Assembly: GCA_032718475.1 (NCBI GenBank)
Contig: JAUCBJ010003606.1
Coordinates: forward strand, 1-33,849
Source: Nemertoderma westbladi
Lineage: Eukaryota > Animalia > Xenacoelomorpha
Length of the DNA: 33,849 bases
Direction: 5' to 3'
A model generated the notes under the pieces. That model did no database searches. It was not told the DNA's origin and worked only from the letters and a program-made list of their open reading frames with translations. The stretch's first letter is position 1, and every line of letters begins with the position of its first letter. Shown here one piece after another: positions 1 through 12,600 of this stretch. A program made the translations under genes and the position numbers.

Positions 1-239
1 GGTAGAGCGCCACGTCCTAAAGGAACTGTTAATATTTCCCGATGGTGAATAATATTGTCAGAGATTATATAATACTGTCAGTCGAATAATACATTAGGCC
101 TACATAGCAATACGATTAAGCCGTCGAACCCAATCTCCCGGGTATATCCAGCGGGTGAATGATCGCGCACAGATTGGTTTCGACTAGTGTAGTGAATCAA
201 ATACTTGTCATAGGCTAAAAGCGAATTATTATCTAGAAG

Positions 240-2347
240 ACATCCTAATTTGGCGGGTTAAACTGCCAAAGGTCTGAAAGCGCGAACAAGGATGCTTACA
301 CAGTAGAAGTTCAAATCCGCTTTGAAGCACTTCAGTCAATGGAAGAAGACCAGTCCATTATTCAATATACCAGAATATAATAACAGCCCACAAGGAATCA
401 GCTAAGAGGCATATCCCCCAGAAACCCAAACTAAAACAGTATGTGCCATGTCAAAACTCTGAGGTTACTTGTAAGAAAGAAGATCTTAAGATAGCCTACA
501 AAGTTAATACTGAACAACCAACAACCGAAAACATTAACAAGGTTGAGAAAGCTAAGGACGATCTTAAATTGGCCTACAACATCAGCCAGTAAAAGTACAT
601 ACAGGATAAAATTGAAGCAATTACAACTGCACACATACAGCAACAATCAAGACATACCTGGCAAACTGTAAATGAGGTATCTGGTCGGAAAAGTTGGGCA
701 AAGGGGCGCCTCAAAGCCAATAGTCCTGAAGAACGTGTTGGGAAGTGGAAAAATCACTTCAGCAACTTGCTTGGGCAGCCACCAAACATCGAGGTCAGCC
801 CTTCAAGGAAAATATATGACAAGACACTACCTATAGAAACAGGGGACTTCACACCTGCCGAACTCCAAAGAAGCATTAAAAGCATGTCCAATAATAAAGC
901 GAGTGGATTAGATGAAATCCCAGCGGAGGTATGGAAAACCGGAGTGCTAAACAGACCATTATTGAAAGTTTGCAACCGGATGTTAAAAGGGGAAAAGCCA
1001 CCACCAATTTGGACTAAAGGTCAACTAAAGCCTCTCCCCAAGAAAGGAGACCTCGGCATACCAACTATCGTGGGAACTGTCTGCTTGTGGTAGCTGCCAA
1101 AATATACAATAAAATGATTCTATATAGGATTAGGACTCACATAGAGAAAATACTGCGTAAGAGCCAAAACGGATTTCGATCAAGTAGATCAACAATAGCT
1201 CAGATACTTGCATAACGGAGACTGATTGAAGGAATTAAGTCAAAAAATCTCCCTGCAGTCATGACTTTTGTGGACTTCAAAAAGGCATTCGACTCCATCC
1301 ATAGAGGTAAAATGCTTGAAATCCTAAGAGCTTATGGAATACCAGAAGTAATTGTTGCTGGCATTGGATTGTTATATTGTGACGCAGAAGCGCACGTACT
1401 CTCACCAGATGGTGAAACTGAGTTTTTCTCAATCCACGCTGGTGTACTGCAAGGTGACACATTAGCACCATTACTATTTGTAATTGTGCTGGATTACGCA
1501 ATGAGGACGGCTACAAAGGGTGAAGATCTGGGATTCACACTTCAAGAACGCATAAGTAGTGGATATCCGGCAACTGCAGTCACAGACACCGACGTTGCGG
1601 ATGACATCGCCCTGCTCTCTAATACGCTAGCAGATGCACAGCTTCTACTAAATAAAGTGGAGAGGGCTGCTAAGGAGGTTGGATTGCATATAAATGCTAC
1701 CAAGACCGAATTCATGACCTTTAATGTTGATGGAAACTTGACAACCATTGATAATAATCAACTAAGGAAGGTCGACGTACCTTCCAGTACCTTGGATCAT
1801 GGATAGAGAGTAGCAAAAAGGACATAGAAGTTAGGAAAGCGAAGGCTTGGGTAGCTCTATCAAAAATGGATACCATCTGGAAATCAGATCTCTCCAGGCA
1901 CCTGAAGACTAAGTTTTTTCGAGCCACAGTGGAAAGTGTATTTTTATACGGGGGTGAGACCTGGACACTGACTAAATCACTTGAACAACGAATTGATGGT
2001 TGCTACACAAGACTACTAAGGGCAGCCCTAAACATCAGCTGGAGACAACACATGACAAACGCCGAGCTTTATGGTACAATACCACCTGTATCAACCACCC
2101 TCCGTGAACGCAGATTAAGATTCAGTGGGCACTGCTGGCGAAGTAAAGACGAGGTCATACCAGATCTACTTTTCTGGCAACCAACTCATGGAAAGCGTAG
2201 TCGTGGACGACCGGCCATAACATATATAGATCAACTTGAAAGGGATACTGAACTTGGGAGATACGAAATTGCGACAACTATGGAGAATCGGGAAGCCTGG
2301 AAGGATCTCATTTCCACTGTCCGAGTTCGCTCGATCTAGTAGTAGTA
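240..2347 (+). mobile_element. Decayed, 5'-truncated RTE-type non-LTR retrotransposon (RT pseudogene)
   Basis: Frameshifted fragments with KASGLDEIPAE, FVDFKKAFDSIHR, GVLQGDTLAPLLF, VADDIALL, FLYGGETWTL, RRLRFSGHCWR, RGRPAITY. Very short 3' end running into a (TAG)n tail at 2337-2347. 5' limit approximate. Confidence 0.9.
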
Positions 2348-2379
2348 TGACTTAAGTACTATCCTAGTATTTGCAGCCT

Positions 2380-2760
2380 AATACACCGGTAAACTAAATA
2401 TATAATATTTTGTTTGATAGAGCAATTCTTGAAATGGCAAAATTTATGTACGATATACACAAGGGTACTAAAACCGTCGCATTACAAAATTTGTTTCAAC
2501 AAACCAGCTCTATCCACACATATAATACACGCTCTGCATCTTCTAATTCTCTGCTCATTCTTCGCCGTGTGCGCTTAATGCAAACCCAACGATCACTCAA
2601 ATTCTCAGGTCCTAAAATATGGAACACTCTGCCCTCTGATATTAAAATTTCAAATTCAAAAAAGTTATTAGCGAAAAAGCTAAAAGATAAATATCTCGAA
2701 TCATAACATTGAAAATAACATCGTTTACACTTCAAATAATTTAATTTTATAAATTACAGT
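2380..2760 (+). mobile_element. 3' remnant of a CR1/L2-group (Crack/Daphne-like) LINE
   Basis: ORF2 C-terminal signature KFMY...H.YNTRS...SLKFSGPKIWNTLP..IK...KKLK..L. Confidence 0.75.
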
Positions 2761-3482
2761 TTCCCCTTTCTTTGGCCTTTTCTCTATTAGTATTTTTCTC
2801 TGATCTTGTTTTGTTATGTTTTACATTTTTATTCGTGCCCAGCTTCCTCTAATCCACTGAATCCAGTCAGATTCCCGTCCCAAATTTACAAATATCCCCT
2901 TGAATACTCGTCCAATCCAAATTTCACGCTACTACCGAGTACCCCCCCCCCCCCCCCCCTCCCGTTCTAACCCCCCCCCCCCCCCCACCCCCCCCCCCCG
3001 TTATCCCCCCCCCGTTCTACCCCGCCCCCGTTCTACACCCCCCCCACCCCCAATTATTATAAAAGTAAACAATACACCATGCCCCCCCTTACTTCATCAA
3101 CTTCATGCAAAATATTAGTATTACTAAGTAATTATTAAATATTGTGCGGTGTGGGGCTACTCATTGTTTATCGGTTTATCTGTTTATTGTTTATTTTTTC
3201 GATTTATATCACCAAACCAATTACAGACCCGGGCCTATCCCGGATTGAAATTGAAATATCGAAAAGTCCATGAGATATGATCGTAACTGATTATAATTAT
3301 TATTCTTGTTATTATTGTTTTTTAAGACGTCTGATATCTCCGGGTTTGTGTGAAACAAATTGCAAACGAAAAGTAATATATCGCACTTTGCATGGGATCC
3401 CCCCCCCACCCCCCCCCCCCCCCCCCCTTTCCAGCAACCTTAACTTCCTTCGACTTACTGGCGATACTTGTGTAGTGTTTAC

Positions 3483-3608
3483 CTTGTAATCCTTAATCAT
3501 TCCGGGAGGTAGAAACGCGTCGAAGTAAATCATATAGGTGGACCCGCGTACAGGTCGGACTGCCTCAGGGGAAGTCCTCGTGAAATGTATAATCGGTTCT
3601 TGCATGCG
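3483..3608 (-). CDS. Host gene exon (last traceable in window)
   Basis: cctcgcag|CGC...AAG|GTAAAC, phase 0-0. RMQEPIIHFTRTSPEAV...YMIYFDAFLPPGMIKDYK. Confidence 0.85.
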
Positions 3609-6600
3609 CTGCGAGGAAGATAAAATATATGTTTATCTATTTACGTCACATATAAAGTCTTACAATGTATCACTTTTTATATTATATGATTACAGTGCGA
3701 GGCGAGTTAATATCCGAGAGCAAGGGGATCACTTTATCTAGTGTTCAACTACGATATGAAAAGAACATGCAATTGGAAAACGCATATTTACATAGACTGG
3801 TTGGTACCTCAAGTTATTAGTTAGTATATTCCAAGACTTATTTACAGTTACAGAAATATGTTCTGAAAGATTCATACCGATTCAACATTCTCGACAAAAG
3901 TAGCGTCGACATAAGAGGCAAAGGAAACAGCATCGTCGTTCATCGATAACTTGGAGGAAATTGTAAAAGTCTGTCCGCCTTCTGGTCCGCCATCACCTCC
4001 AGCTTGTCTGAGGAACTGGACCGCAATCCTAGAAATCAAATGTTCGCAGCACAATAAGACAACATATTATCACGGGACATACTTGGCGGCAATCACAATG
4101 TCGTTCGCATAATAATGGCGTAGGACGTTGCAATTAATAGACCCTAGATGGTTGAGAAGCCCTGGATTTTTGTAACATATAAGGAAAGTTCAGCGAACTT
4201 CCAAACGATTTAAGCAGATTAAAACGCAGTTTAAAAGTTTATCAAATCGCTGCTCATATTTAACTCTCACCTACTTCATTCATTCGTTTAAAAAAACCAC
4301 TCTAATCAGCCCTCTATAGTTTAAAGTGCTACTTTACATACATAACAAATCATTCGTTATCACCCACCAATAATAAAAAAAAGTAGACACTCAGTTTCTA
4401 AAATTCATAACTAAAATTCACCTTAGACGAATAGCGTTGTGCCCAAGAATGTCATAAGAACCAACATTAGTAATATAAATGTTATCGGGGTCTTCTGTAA
4501 AGCGAATGGTAGCCTTCTTGAAGTGAGAAATTAACGTCTCGTCATCCAAACAGTCTGCACCGGCCAACGGATTGCAGGTCTTAAACTCGTAATTATCGTT
4601 ATTGTCCATTAGTTTATTGAGAATATCTCGATTTGTGCACGGGTAGTTTCCTTAATACGAAAAGGTTGTCATTAGAAAAATGAAGTTTTTTTTAAGATGA
4701 AAAACATCATTTTTTGTGAAAATACGGTTTCCTTAAGAAAAATACATAATTTTAATTAAATTCCACACCGGACCGAAATAATACCTTAATTATTAGCTGG
4801 TCGGTAAATATTAACCGGATTATTGTTGTGGGCTATTAACAATGGAATACCTACCACCCAAATCTATAATGGTCATTGAGCAGATAGTAAACTCATCTGG
4901 GACCGATAGTGTCAGAAGATACTTTGCCGTTATCCCCGGGGGTAGAATTATGGTTGCTTGATAGACCTTCACCCCAAGGTAACCGATATTGGAATTGGTG
5001 CCTTCTTGAATAAACGAACTTTTCATTAACCAACCAAATTGATCCTAAATAAAAAAATAAGTATTTCAATTTTTATCATTATAACAATATAATATGTAGA
5101 TCGTAGGTTTTGTCATGTGCTTATTATTGAGCGAAATAATGAATGGGGGAACAATCCATTATTTTCAACTTACCACATTCAATTGTACATTGGGATCTGG
5201 GTTGCCAGCCGCAACCAGCTCAAGGGTCTCCGCCCAAATCCCATCGTAGTCGAACTGCAAGCTTCCTCCTATGTTAATAACAGCATCAACATCGAAATCC
5301 AATACCGTTTGATAGGCCAGGGCGATTGTTAGTTGTAGTGCCTAAATAAAATGAAATATTAATGAACCTCCCCAAACTATTTGTATTTGTATATCAAATA
5401 GATTTTGTATATCGTTAGGAATTCTAACCTCAGTATCATCAGGGTCGTTATTTAATCCTAAGTGAGTCAGCGTGTCCAGATCTATAAAGTGAGCAATACC
5501 AACAGAGTCACCGCCAGCATCTTCCCTAAAAAAAGTAGCAACAAATTGTCTTTATCATAAGGTAGATTCAACATATGGTAGAACTCAGCTAACTGAGTTT
5601 AAAACTGTAACTTATATCGGTTCCCCAGTAATAATACCAAAGTCTTCACTGCTCTGTTGGCAACTTACCTCAGTATAGTAAGCTGATGTTGTTGGTAGTA
5701 ACTTACCTCACTACTGGTGTTGGTAGTAACTTACCTCACTACTGGTGTTGGTAGTAACTTACCTCACTACTGTTGTTGGTTGTAACTTATCTCACTACTG
5801 TTGTCGGTTGTAACTTACCTCACTACTGTTGTTGGTTGTAACTTACCTCACTACTGTTGTCGGTTGTAACTTACCTCACTTTTACGGCTGTTGTTGGTTG
5901 TAACTTACCTCACTACTGTTGTTGGTTGTAACTTACCTCACTACTGTGGTTGGTTGTAACTTACCTCACTACTGTTGTTGGTTGTAACTTACCTCACTAC
6001 TGTTGTCGGTTGTAACTTACCTCACTACTGTTGTTGGTTGTAACTTACTTCCCTTTTACTGCTGTTGTTGGTTGTAACTTACCTCACTATTGCTGTTGGT
6101 TGTACATAACTTACCTCACTACTGTTGTTGGTTGTAACTTACCTCACTACTGTTGTTGGTTGTAACTTACCTCACTTTTACTGCTGTTGTTGGTTGTAAC
6201 TTACCTCACTATTGCTGTTGGTTGTAACTTACCTCACTACTGTTGTTGGTTGTAACTTACCTCACTACTGTTGTCGGTTGTAACTTACCTCACTTTTACT
6301 GCTGTTGTTGGTTGTAACTTACCTCACTATTGCTGTTGGTTGTAACTTACCTCACTACTGTGGTTGGTTGTAACTTACCTCACTACTGTGGTTGGTTGTA
6401 ACTTACCTCACTACTGTTGTCGGTTGTAACTTACCTCACTTTTACTGCTGTTGTTGGTTGTAACTTACCTCACTATTGCTGTTGGTTGTAACTTACCTCA
6501 CTACTGTGGTTGGTTGTAACTTACCTCACTACTGTTGTCGGTTGTAACTTACCTCACTTTTACTGCTGTTGTTGGTTGTAACTTACCTCACTATTGCTGT

Positions 6601-9600
6601 TGGTTGTAACTTACCTCACTACTGTTGTTGGTTGTAACCTACCTCACTACTGTTCCGGTGGCCGGCGGACTGTACAACGTACCGCCGACTTCCGTTCGAG
6701 TGGGTGGATCTCCTCCCTGCCCATGGTCGACCACCAGATGGACTTGTCCCCCCTGGAGTTCCGGGACGCGCTGGCGATCCGATACGGCCGCCCCCTGGTG
6801 GCGGTGCCGAGCCGGTGCGACGGGTGCGGGGCCGCCTTCGATTTAAACCACGGTTTAAATTGTAAAAAGGGCGGAACGAACTACGGGACGTGGTTGGAGA
6901 CCTCGCGGCTATGGCTTTCGGACATCGTAACGTAGTCTGTGAGCCGGTTGTCCGCGAGCAGCAGGGAGTTGAGGGCGCCGCAGGTCTTCGGTGCGACGTG
7001 GGGATACGGGGTGCGCTAAACCCACAGACCCAGGCGTTGATAGACATTCGGGTTATCAACCTTGACGCCGGGTCCTATGTGGGTCGCACCCCAATGTCTG
7101 TCCTCGAGTCGGCCGAAGACCAAAAGAAGCGGCTGTACGCGGAAGCTGTGACGGCACGACAGGGCGACTTCTCTCCGTTTGTTGCGTCCTGTGACGGCGT
7201 ACTCGCTCCGCAGGCGAACCACCTCCTCCGTATCTTGGCTGATAGGCTGCACCGTTCCTGGGGGCGACCTTTCAGCACCACGATGGGCTGGGTCCGAACT
7301 CGTGTCCAGTTCGCGATAATTCGCGGGGCCTCCCATTGTCTACGGGGCTTTCGGGTGAAGTGGAGAAGTGGGCAGGGGTTTGAGGACGGTGCTGGGCTGC
7401 CAAGCAGTATTTAGAACATGGCTGTACTGGTAGGCCTACTGTAATACTTTTATTTGTGTTTATTTCTATATTATTTTAAATGTTGCTAGGATACACTGTG
7501 GAAACAGCTGGTGGCGGGTTTGCTATAGTTTTTTTGGTTTAATGTAGCTATTGTGTTTTTTTTTATGTTAATATACTGGGAAATACGTACCTCACTACTG
7601 TTGCTGGTTATAACTTACCTCGCTATTGTTGTTGGTTGTAACTTACCTCACTATTGTTGTTGGTTGTAATTGTAACTTACCTCACTACTGTTGTTGGTAG
7701 TACGTAGTAATTGTAACTTACCTCACTACTGTTGTTGGTAGTAATTGTAACTTACCTCACTACTGTTGTTGGTGGTACATTATCACACTACTGTTGATGT
7801 TGTAACTTACCTCACTAACTGCTAACGGAATTTATCTTTGTGATCTTTAGTAATAATTGTTGTTCTTTTTTTTATCTCTGGACGTACTACCATATTTTAC
7901 TTAATATATTGTGCATAATATATATTTTAAATATCAATCTTATTTGATTATTAAATGAATGAAATGAAATGAAATGTTGGTTGTAACTTACCTCACTACT
8001 GTTGTCGGTTGTAATTGTAACTTACCTAACTACTGTTGTTGGTTGTAACATACCTCACTACTGTTGTTGGTTGTAACTTACCTCACTACTGTTGTTGGTT
8101 GTAACTTACCTCACTACTGTGGTTGGTTGTAACTTACCTCACTACTGTGGTTGGTTGTAACTTACCTCACTACTGTTGTTGGTTGTAACTTACCTCACTA
8201 CTGTGGTTGGTTGTAACTTACCTCACTACTGTGGTTGGTTGTAACTTACCTCACTACTGTGGTTGGTTGTAACTTACCTCACTACTGTGGTTGGTTGTAA
8301 CTTACCTCACTACTGTGGTTGGTTGTAACTTACCTCACTACTGTGGTTGGCTCTCCTGCATTCGATACGTATTTATCCGCTACGTCCTGGAGAAGTGGAA
8401 AATTCGATCCAACATGGGGGAAGTAAATCTTACAAATCTCAAGTTTAGACTCAGGAACTGTGGCCTTTTCAATCAACTAAATAAATATGGGTAAACAAGT
8501 ATATTACTAATGAATAAAATGATGCAGGTATTATTCCACACATTTCCATTCCACGTATCCCATATATATCGAGTAACCGGCCCAGGACTTTCAAATAAAT
8601 CGAATGCCACTATGCGGAAGAAGTTACCCATGACTTATCGTTCTGGGGTTATGGAACCAGTACAGGGAGAGATTTTTATCGACTGTGACGACACGGCTGG
8701 CAGCCTGCCTTCACGGCCAGCCTGTCTTCAACCAGTTTACTCGCTTCCCATATTTGCTGCACAGACCGACGGTCCATCATTCATGGGTTCCTGCAGCTGA
8801 CCAGTAACCTACTGGTGCTGTAGTTTATCATCGAGGACAGGGTAGCCGCCAGAGCACGAGCTGTTGTACGACGACTGCATATGTATTGATTGATTCTAAT
8901 TTCGTTTTATGGTTCTAGTGGGCGAAAAGTTTACCCTCCAACCGAAAATATAAACCCACCGCCCAATAAATAAGCATGCCAGAAAGCATATCGAATATCT
9001 CTGAGTGATTACTGGAAACCCATGTGAAACCAAATAAAAAGGAGACTAAACTGCTCGCTACAGTACTCCCGAAAACAGTCCTCGTATCGCAAGTCCCATA
9101 GCCAGAGCGACTGCACTCACCAAAGTTCACTCACATATCATGGAGAACATGAATCACCATAGAAACGGTATACCAATCTCGTGTTCCGGAGCATCTCAAA
9201 GATAACATGGGAATATACGGTGGTACATGCCTCCTACAGTATGTTACGATTATTATCTATATAACAGCTCTCAACAGATAATAATTCATGATGAGAGATC
9301 AGTGAAGGTTCCACTAGAATACGGGTCCCACGGGGTGGTTGGCTGTTTCCTTTTCAATTGATTTCACAGCCCAATATTCAATGTCATAGATAAACACCTC
9401 GGGAAAACTGGGTTCATAATAAATTGGTTGCTTCCCCCTATCGATTTCGAGAATTTGTCCCATTTTCAAGATATTATTATATTTGGAAGGGATTCCATGC
9501 GGTTTACCCTCGATTTCTCGAGAAATCAACTCTTTAGATATAGATATTTTTGTAAAGTGGGGTATTTGACAGGGGTATTATTACGGGCGTCCATTTCAAA

Positions 9601-12600
9601 CCTCTTTCGAACAAATTACCACCCCCATACAGTAGTTTCCCTGACAAGATGAGCACGCATAGAGCACCCTTATCATTTGAATTAGGACCCACCCAATTGC
9701 CCCCCCCCCCCCCCCCCCCCCCCGAGTACACGGAGGAACAGGACTACTGTGTTAGTATTTCAGGCAATGTAAACTAGCCCAATCACATGTCACAGCCTCC
9801 TTCAGAGCCTACAGGAGCGACCAAGAACCGCATCCATGCGGAAACTAATTAAATACTAAAGACCAATGGCAATGATTGAACTAATACTTTCACTTTTAAT
9901 ATGCTATATTTTTTTGCTTTAATTTTTAACATCCCCGCAATTATTTTATGTTATGAATTGCAGGTGGAGTAGTGTTCTGAAATGGATCATATTTGAATAT
10001 TATTAAAATGAACAATAAAAATTATTGACATGTATATGTTTCATCCCGTCAATATAACCTAACCTGAAATGCAACAGTAAACACAGTATAAACGATATTC
10101 TGTAGTTCCAATTCGCGGTCTCTAGGGACAGTTAAGTCGATATGAATTGCTGCATGACCTTTGTTGTAAAATTCCGTTAGGGTAGGGATAGCAGGTATCA
10201 ATGTAACAAGTGGCATTTGCGAACTCTGTAAAATAGTTATATACACATGTACAATATATATATATTGTTTTAATTAAAGATACACCCATACACCGAACAT
10301 ATTAAAAAAAAAAAATAAATAAGAACACTCAATAAAATTCGTTAAATGTTAATCGTTAAATGTTGGATAATATCGAAGGGGTTGGACAGCGACAATATTC
10401 CAAGGTAACGGGATTGAATCTACAAACCAGCAGCTGTAAGATAGAGAGTATAATAGCAGAAAGGCTGTTGTGTAACACACAGATTGTGATGGAAGCCGTT
10501 TACTGTCACGGTGAAGGTGGCCCAGATGGCTACACTGCGATAAAGTTATCTTGTCTGTTGGCGTGGAATTTGAGGGTGAACAGGCACTTCTACCCCGGTC
10601 AACCCCCCCCCCCCCCCCCCCCCCGGTCACTCCCCACCCCCAGGGTGCTAACTACTGTAGCAAAGCATCTTCCCTTTGCCTGGAAAATTTGGCCCGGAAA
10701 GACGATGTTTTGGCCTGATTTTTGAATGTCCAGGCATCATAGTAATAGCAGACATCCTAGCGGGCCTCCGTGTAGACTTTGGAACAGACAAATAGACAGG
10801 CGGACAAGTTTAATGGACGCCCCGATTTACAAAATTTCGGACAGTAATTTTGATAATTTGCCCGGAAATACAGGCATTTCGGCCTTATTTTTGGATTTCA
10901 ATTATTTTCCGTCAATTACGAAATATAGTTTCGTTTATTGTATTGGTTACGAAACAATGACACTGAAACCTGCTTCTTACTCGAAATTACGAAACCAATG
11001 GAGACGCAAGCCGTGAACAAGAAGAGCGGGGGTTTGGGGGCGGTATAGTGGCCGTGAGGGGAACAATTGACCGGGGGGAACAGACCCAGTTGGGAGGCGC
11101 CTAATATCCTGTAATGGTTTAATATTCTGTAACCGGAATTATTGAGCAATAATAATTAGTATGAGTAATATTCTATTTTCTATACATTATTTGCGATACG
11201 TCAATTCTGCCTTAATTAAACAAGGTGGGTGGTAGGAGTGATTGATTATAAAATAAAAAGTAAAAATGTTTTTAGTAAATGTATTATTACCCTAGTTTTC
11301 AGAAAAGTAAAGATAAAGTGATTGGTGAAAGTGTGAAACACGAAACACCGGAGACAACCTGGGGGCAACCCGAAGACTCCTCTCTCTTGGCTGTTACCTA
11401 TACGCCAGGGAGGACCACGTACAAACTCACGAAGGTAAACACTCCATAACTATCCCCCATTTCTTTACTCCCTCCCCTAACATAAGCAGTAGTGGTTCCC
11501 ATTGTACCGTAGGGTTTTCGTAATGTCTAAACTCTAAAGTGCTTACGGACACAACACAGTGCGAAATTTCATTTGAACCTTACTCATCCCAACACTATTG
11601 TGATAGCAGTTCAGGTGCTTTATCCACGCGAACACTGCGATAACGTTTCAGAAGTTAAATCAAAAGAATTAGTATCAAAATTATTGTAATTGGATATAAC
11701 ATACAGTAGGAATGACTCACCATGATACATGGCCTACTAGGACAAAGATTAGGAAGGTCGGATGGGGTTAAAGCTGTTCCTTCTATAGGGTTGTTAGCTA
11801 CACGCCACCCATCGCTATTGGTTTCAACCCTCACAAAATCTGCATCCATATTGTCTCTGTTCTGGAATTCAAATGCCACCTTAAACTTATCTGCGTTGTA
11901 CGTAGTTCGTGTCGTCTGTGGTTCGCGAAGTTCTAGAATCGTCTCTATGGTAAATTCATTATCTTCTGCAGTGAAATCCACATCCACATCTGTAGAAAAA
12001 AAAATAAAAAACAAGAAATTCTACGGAAATTTACCAAATTATATTGTTATGCTATCTGAAACTAATTTGTATATTTTATGATATATTACCATAAACATGT
12101 AGCTTCAAAGATATAAATTCAAACTATCAATATGGATAACTTGCTCTTGGGAAAGAGTAACATTAAGGGGGGAGGACACCCCAGACTAATAAATATTTGC
12201 CATTCTAGAGTATATAAGCTGTCATTTTAGAACCATATGTCCGATTAATTTACTTTTTTCACCATATTGTTGCCAAAAGGTGTATAAATCTCGGAAAAAA
12301 ATTTTGAAACGAAAAAAAATATTTTTTTCATATTTTTTTCCATTTTTGCACTTTTTTTCACCCAAAATAATGCGAATTTTTATAAATGCATCTACTTTTT
12401 TGTTTTTCAATATTTTCAAAAAATTTTTTTTTTATTTTGATCAATATCGGGTGGACAATAATCTGAGCAGACAAAATTTTGATATTGTTAGTGGTTATCA
12501 ATTTATGTCATCATTAGTAATAATTACCAGATATTTTCAATATATTTCAAAATTTTGACACAAAAAATCGAAAAAAAAATTTTCTATATGTTTTTACAAA

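Noticed and set aside
2900-3118. Proline-rich ORF
   Set aside because: Translation of poly-C tracts.
6619-7336. Minus-strand ORFs over the CRE-like element
   Set aside because: Antisense shadows of GC-rich coding sequence.
5660-8350. 28-bp repeat as a CRISPR array or a microexon cassette array
   Set aside because: No spacers. Units lack polypyrimidine tracts, and inter-unit distance is too short for introns.
12222-12558. F/K-rich ORFs
   Set aside because: AT-rich subterminal sequence of the transposon with no second-gene signature.
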